Shown here one piece after another: positions 53,811 through 54,201 of a stretch of DNA of 54,201 nt. Every line of letters begins with the position of its first letter. The stretch's first letter is position 1. Source of the DNA: Eubacteriales bacterium (GTDB lineage: Bacteria > Bacillota > Clostridia > Oscillospirales > CAG-272). The notes beneath the pieces were generated by a model. The model was not told where the DNA came from. It searched no databases and saw nothing but the letters and a program-made list of their open reading frames with translations. The DNA lies in the NCBI GenBank assembly GCA_045592305.1, contig JAZNUO010000136.1, forward strand, positions 1 through 54,201. The letters run 5' to 3'. The position numbers and the translations under genes were made by a program.

Positions 53811-54201
53811 AGCGTTTACCTCCTTTCAAGGGCTATTATAGCATATTACGCGGCGTCATGAGCAACCCCTTACGCAGGGGGATTTTTTTGTTTTGGGCAA
53901 AAAAGTTTTAAATTGAGGTTTATAGGTGGCTTGCATAGCACCAAAAGAATACTCACCCAAATGCCCGCATTCTCCCCCACCCGCTTCGCGGGAGGTCTCC
54001 CTGCGGGTCGGTCACAACGCGGCTCTGGCCGCCACTGGCGGCCATTCACTACCGCGTTGCCGCTTCGCTACCCCTCGGGGAGGGAGCCTCTTTCCCAACC
54101 CCGCGGAAATTCTTTGCCCGATAAGTGGTTTTTGCCCGCGCTCTTTAGGCTCCCTCCGGGAGCGAGCTCCCGCCCGCAGGCGGGTGAAGGAGTACGCGTG
54201 C

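Overview
By eye this is a GC-rich Clostridia-type chromosomal backbone, almost all on the + strand. It carries mutL (3' part), tgt, mntP, infC-rpmI-rplT, a TrmH-family methylase, dprA-topA-trmFO, plsX-rnc-smc-ftsY, rdgB, yhbY-nadD-yqeK-rsfS, an OmpR/HK pair with htrA, secG, a D-Ala-D-Ala carboxypeptidase and a merR-CPBP pair. An AT-richer island of about 21.7 kb (about 4.3-26.05 kb) interrupts the backbone. The island abuts the 3' end of a tRNA-Glu(CUC) gene and is bounded by an imperfect copy of that tRNA 3' end. It encodes a large serine recombinase, an XRE regulator, a LexA/CI-like S24 repressor, a MobC/relaxase mobilisation module with a candidate oriT, and an AbiL/PARIS-like ATPase+Toprim pair. 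Its most interesting content is a tightly packed 8-gene operon (8275-19011). That operon joins a TerY-P-like triad (vWA, PP2C phosphatase, Hanks-type kinase with TM and extracellular LRR repeats) to an FtsK/EssC-like ATPase. These are followed by two small helical proteins, a paralogous helical domain fused to a papain-like Cys-His-Asp domain, and a candidate immunity gene. The operon's only visible promoter is a perfect sigma-A consensus. It sits on a 198-bp cassette bracketed by exact lox-like recombinase sites in inverted orientation, right after a XerC/D-type tyrosine recombinase gene, so a phase-variable ON/OFF switch is the obvious hypothesis. The backbone also carries five copies of a GATACAA-heptamer-based palindromic intergenic element placed at or just after stop codons. 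Most long minus-strand ORFs in the GC-rich parts are antisense shadows and were rejected. All functional calls come from motif recognition by eye; no database search was possible.
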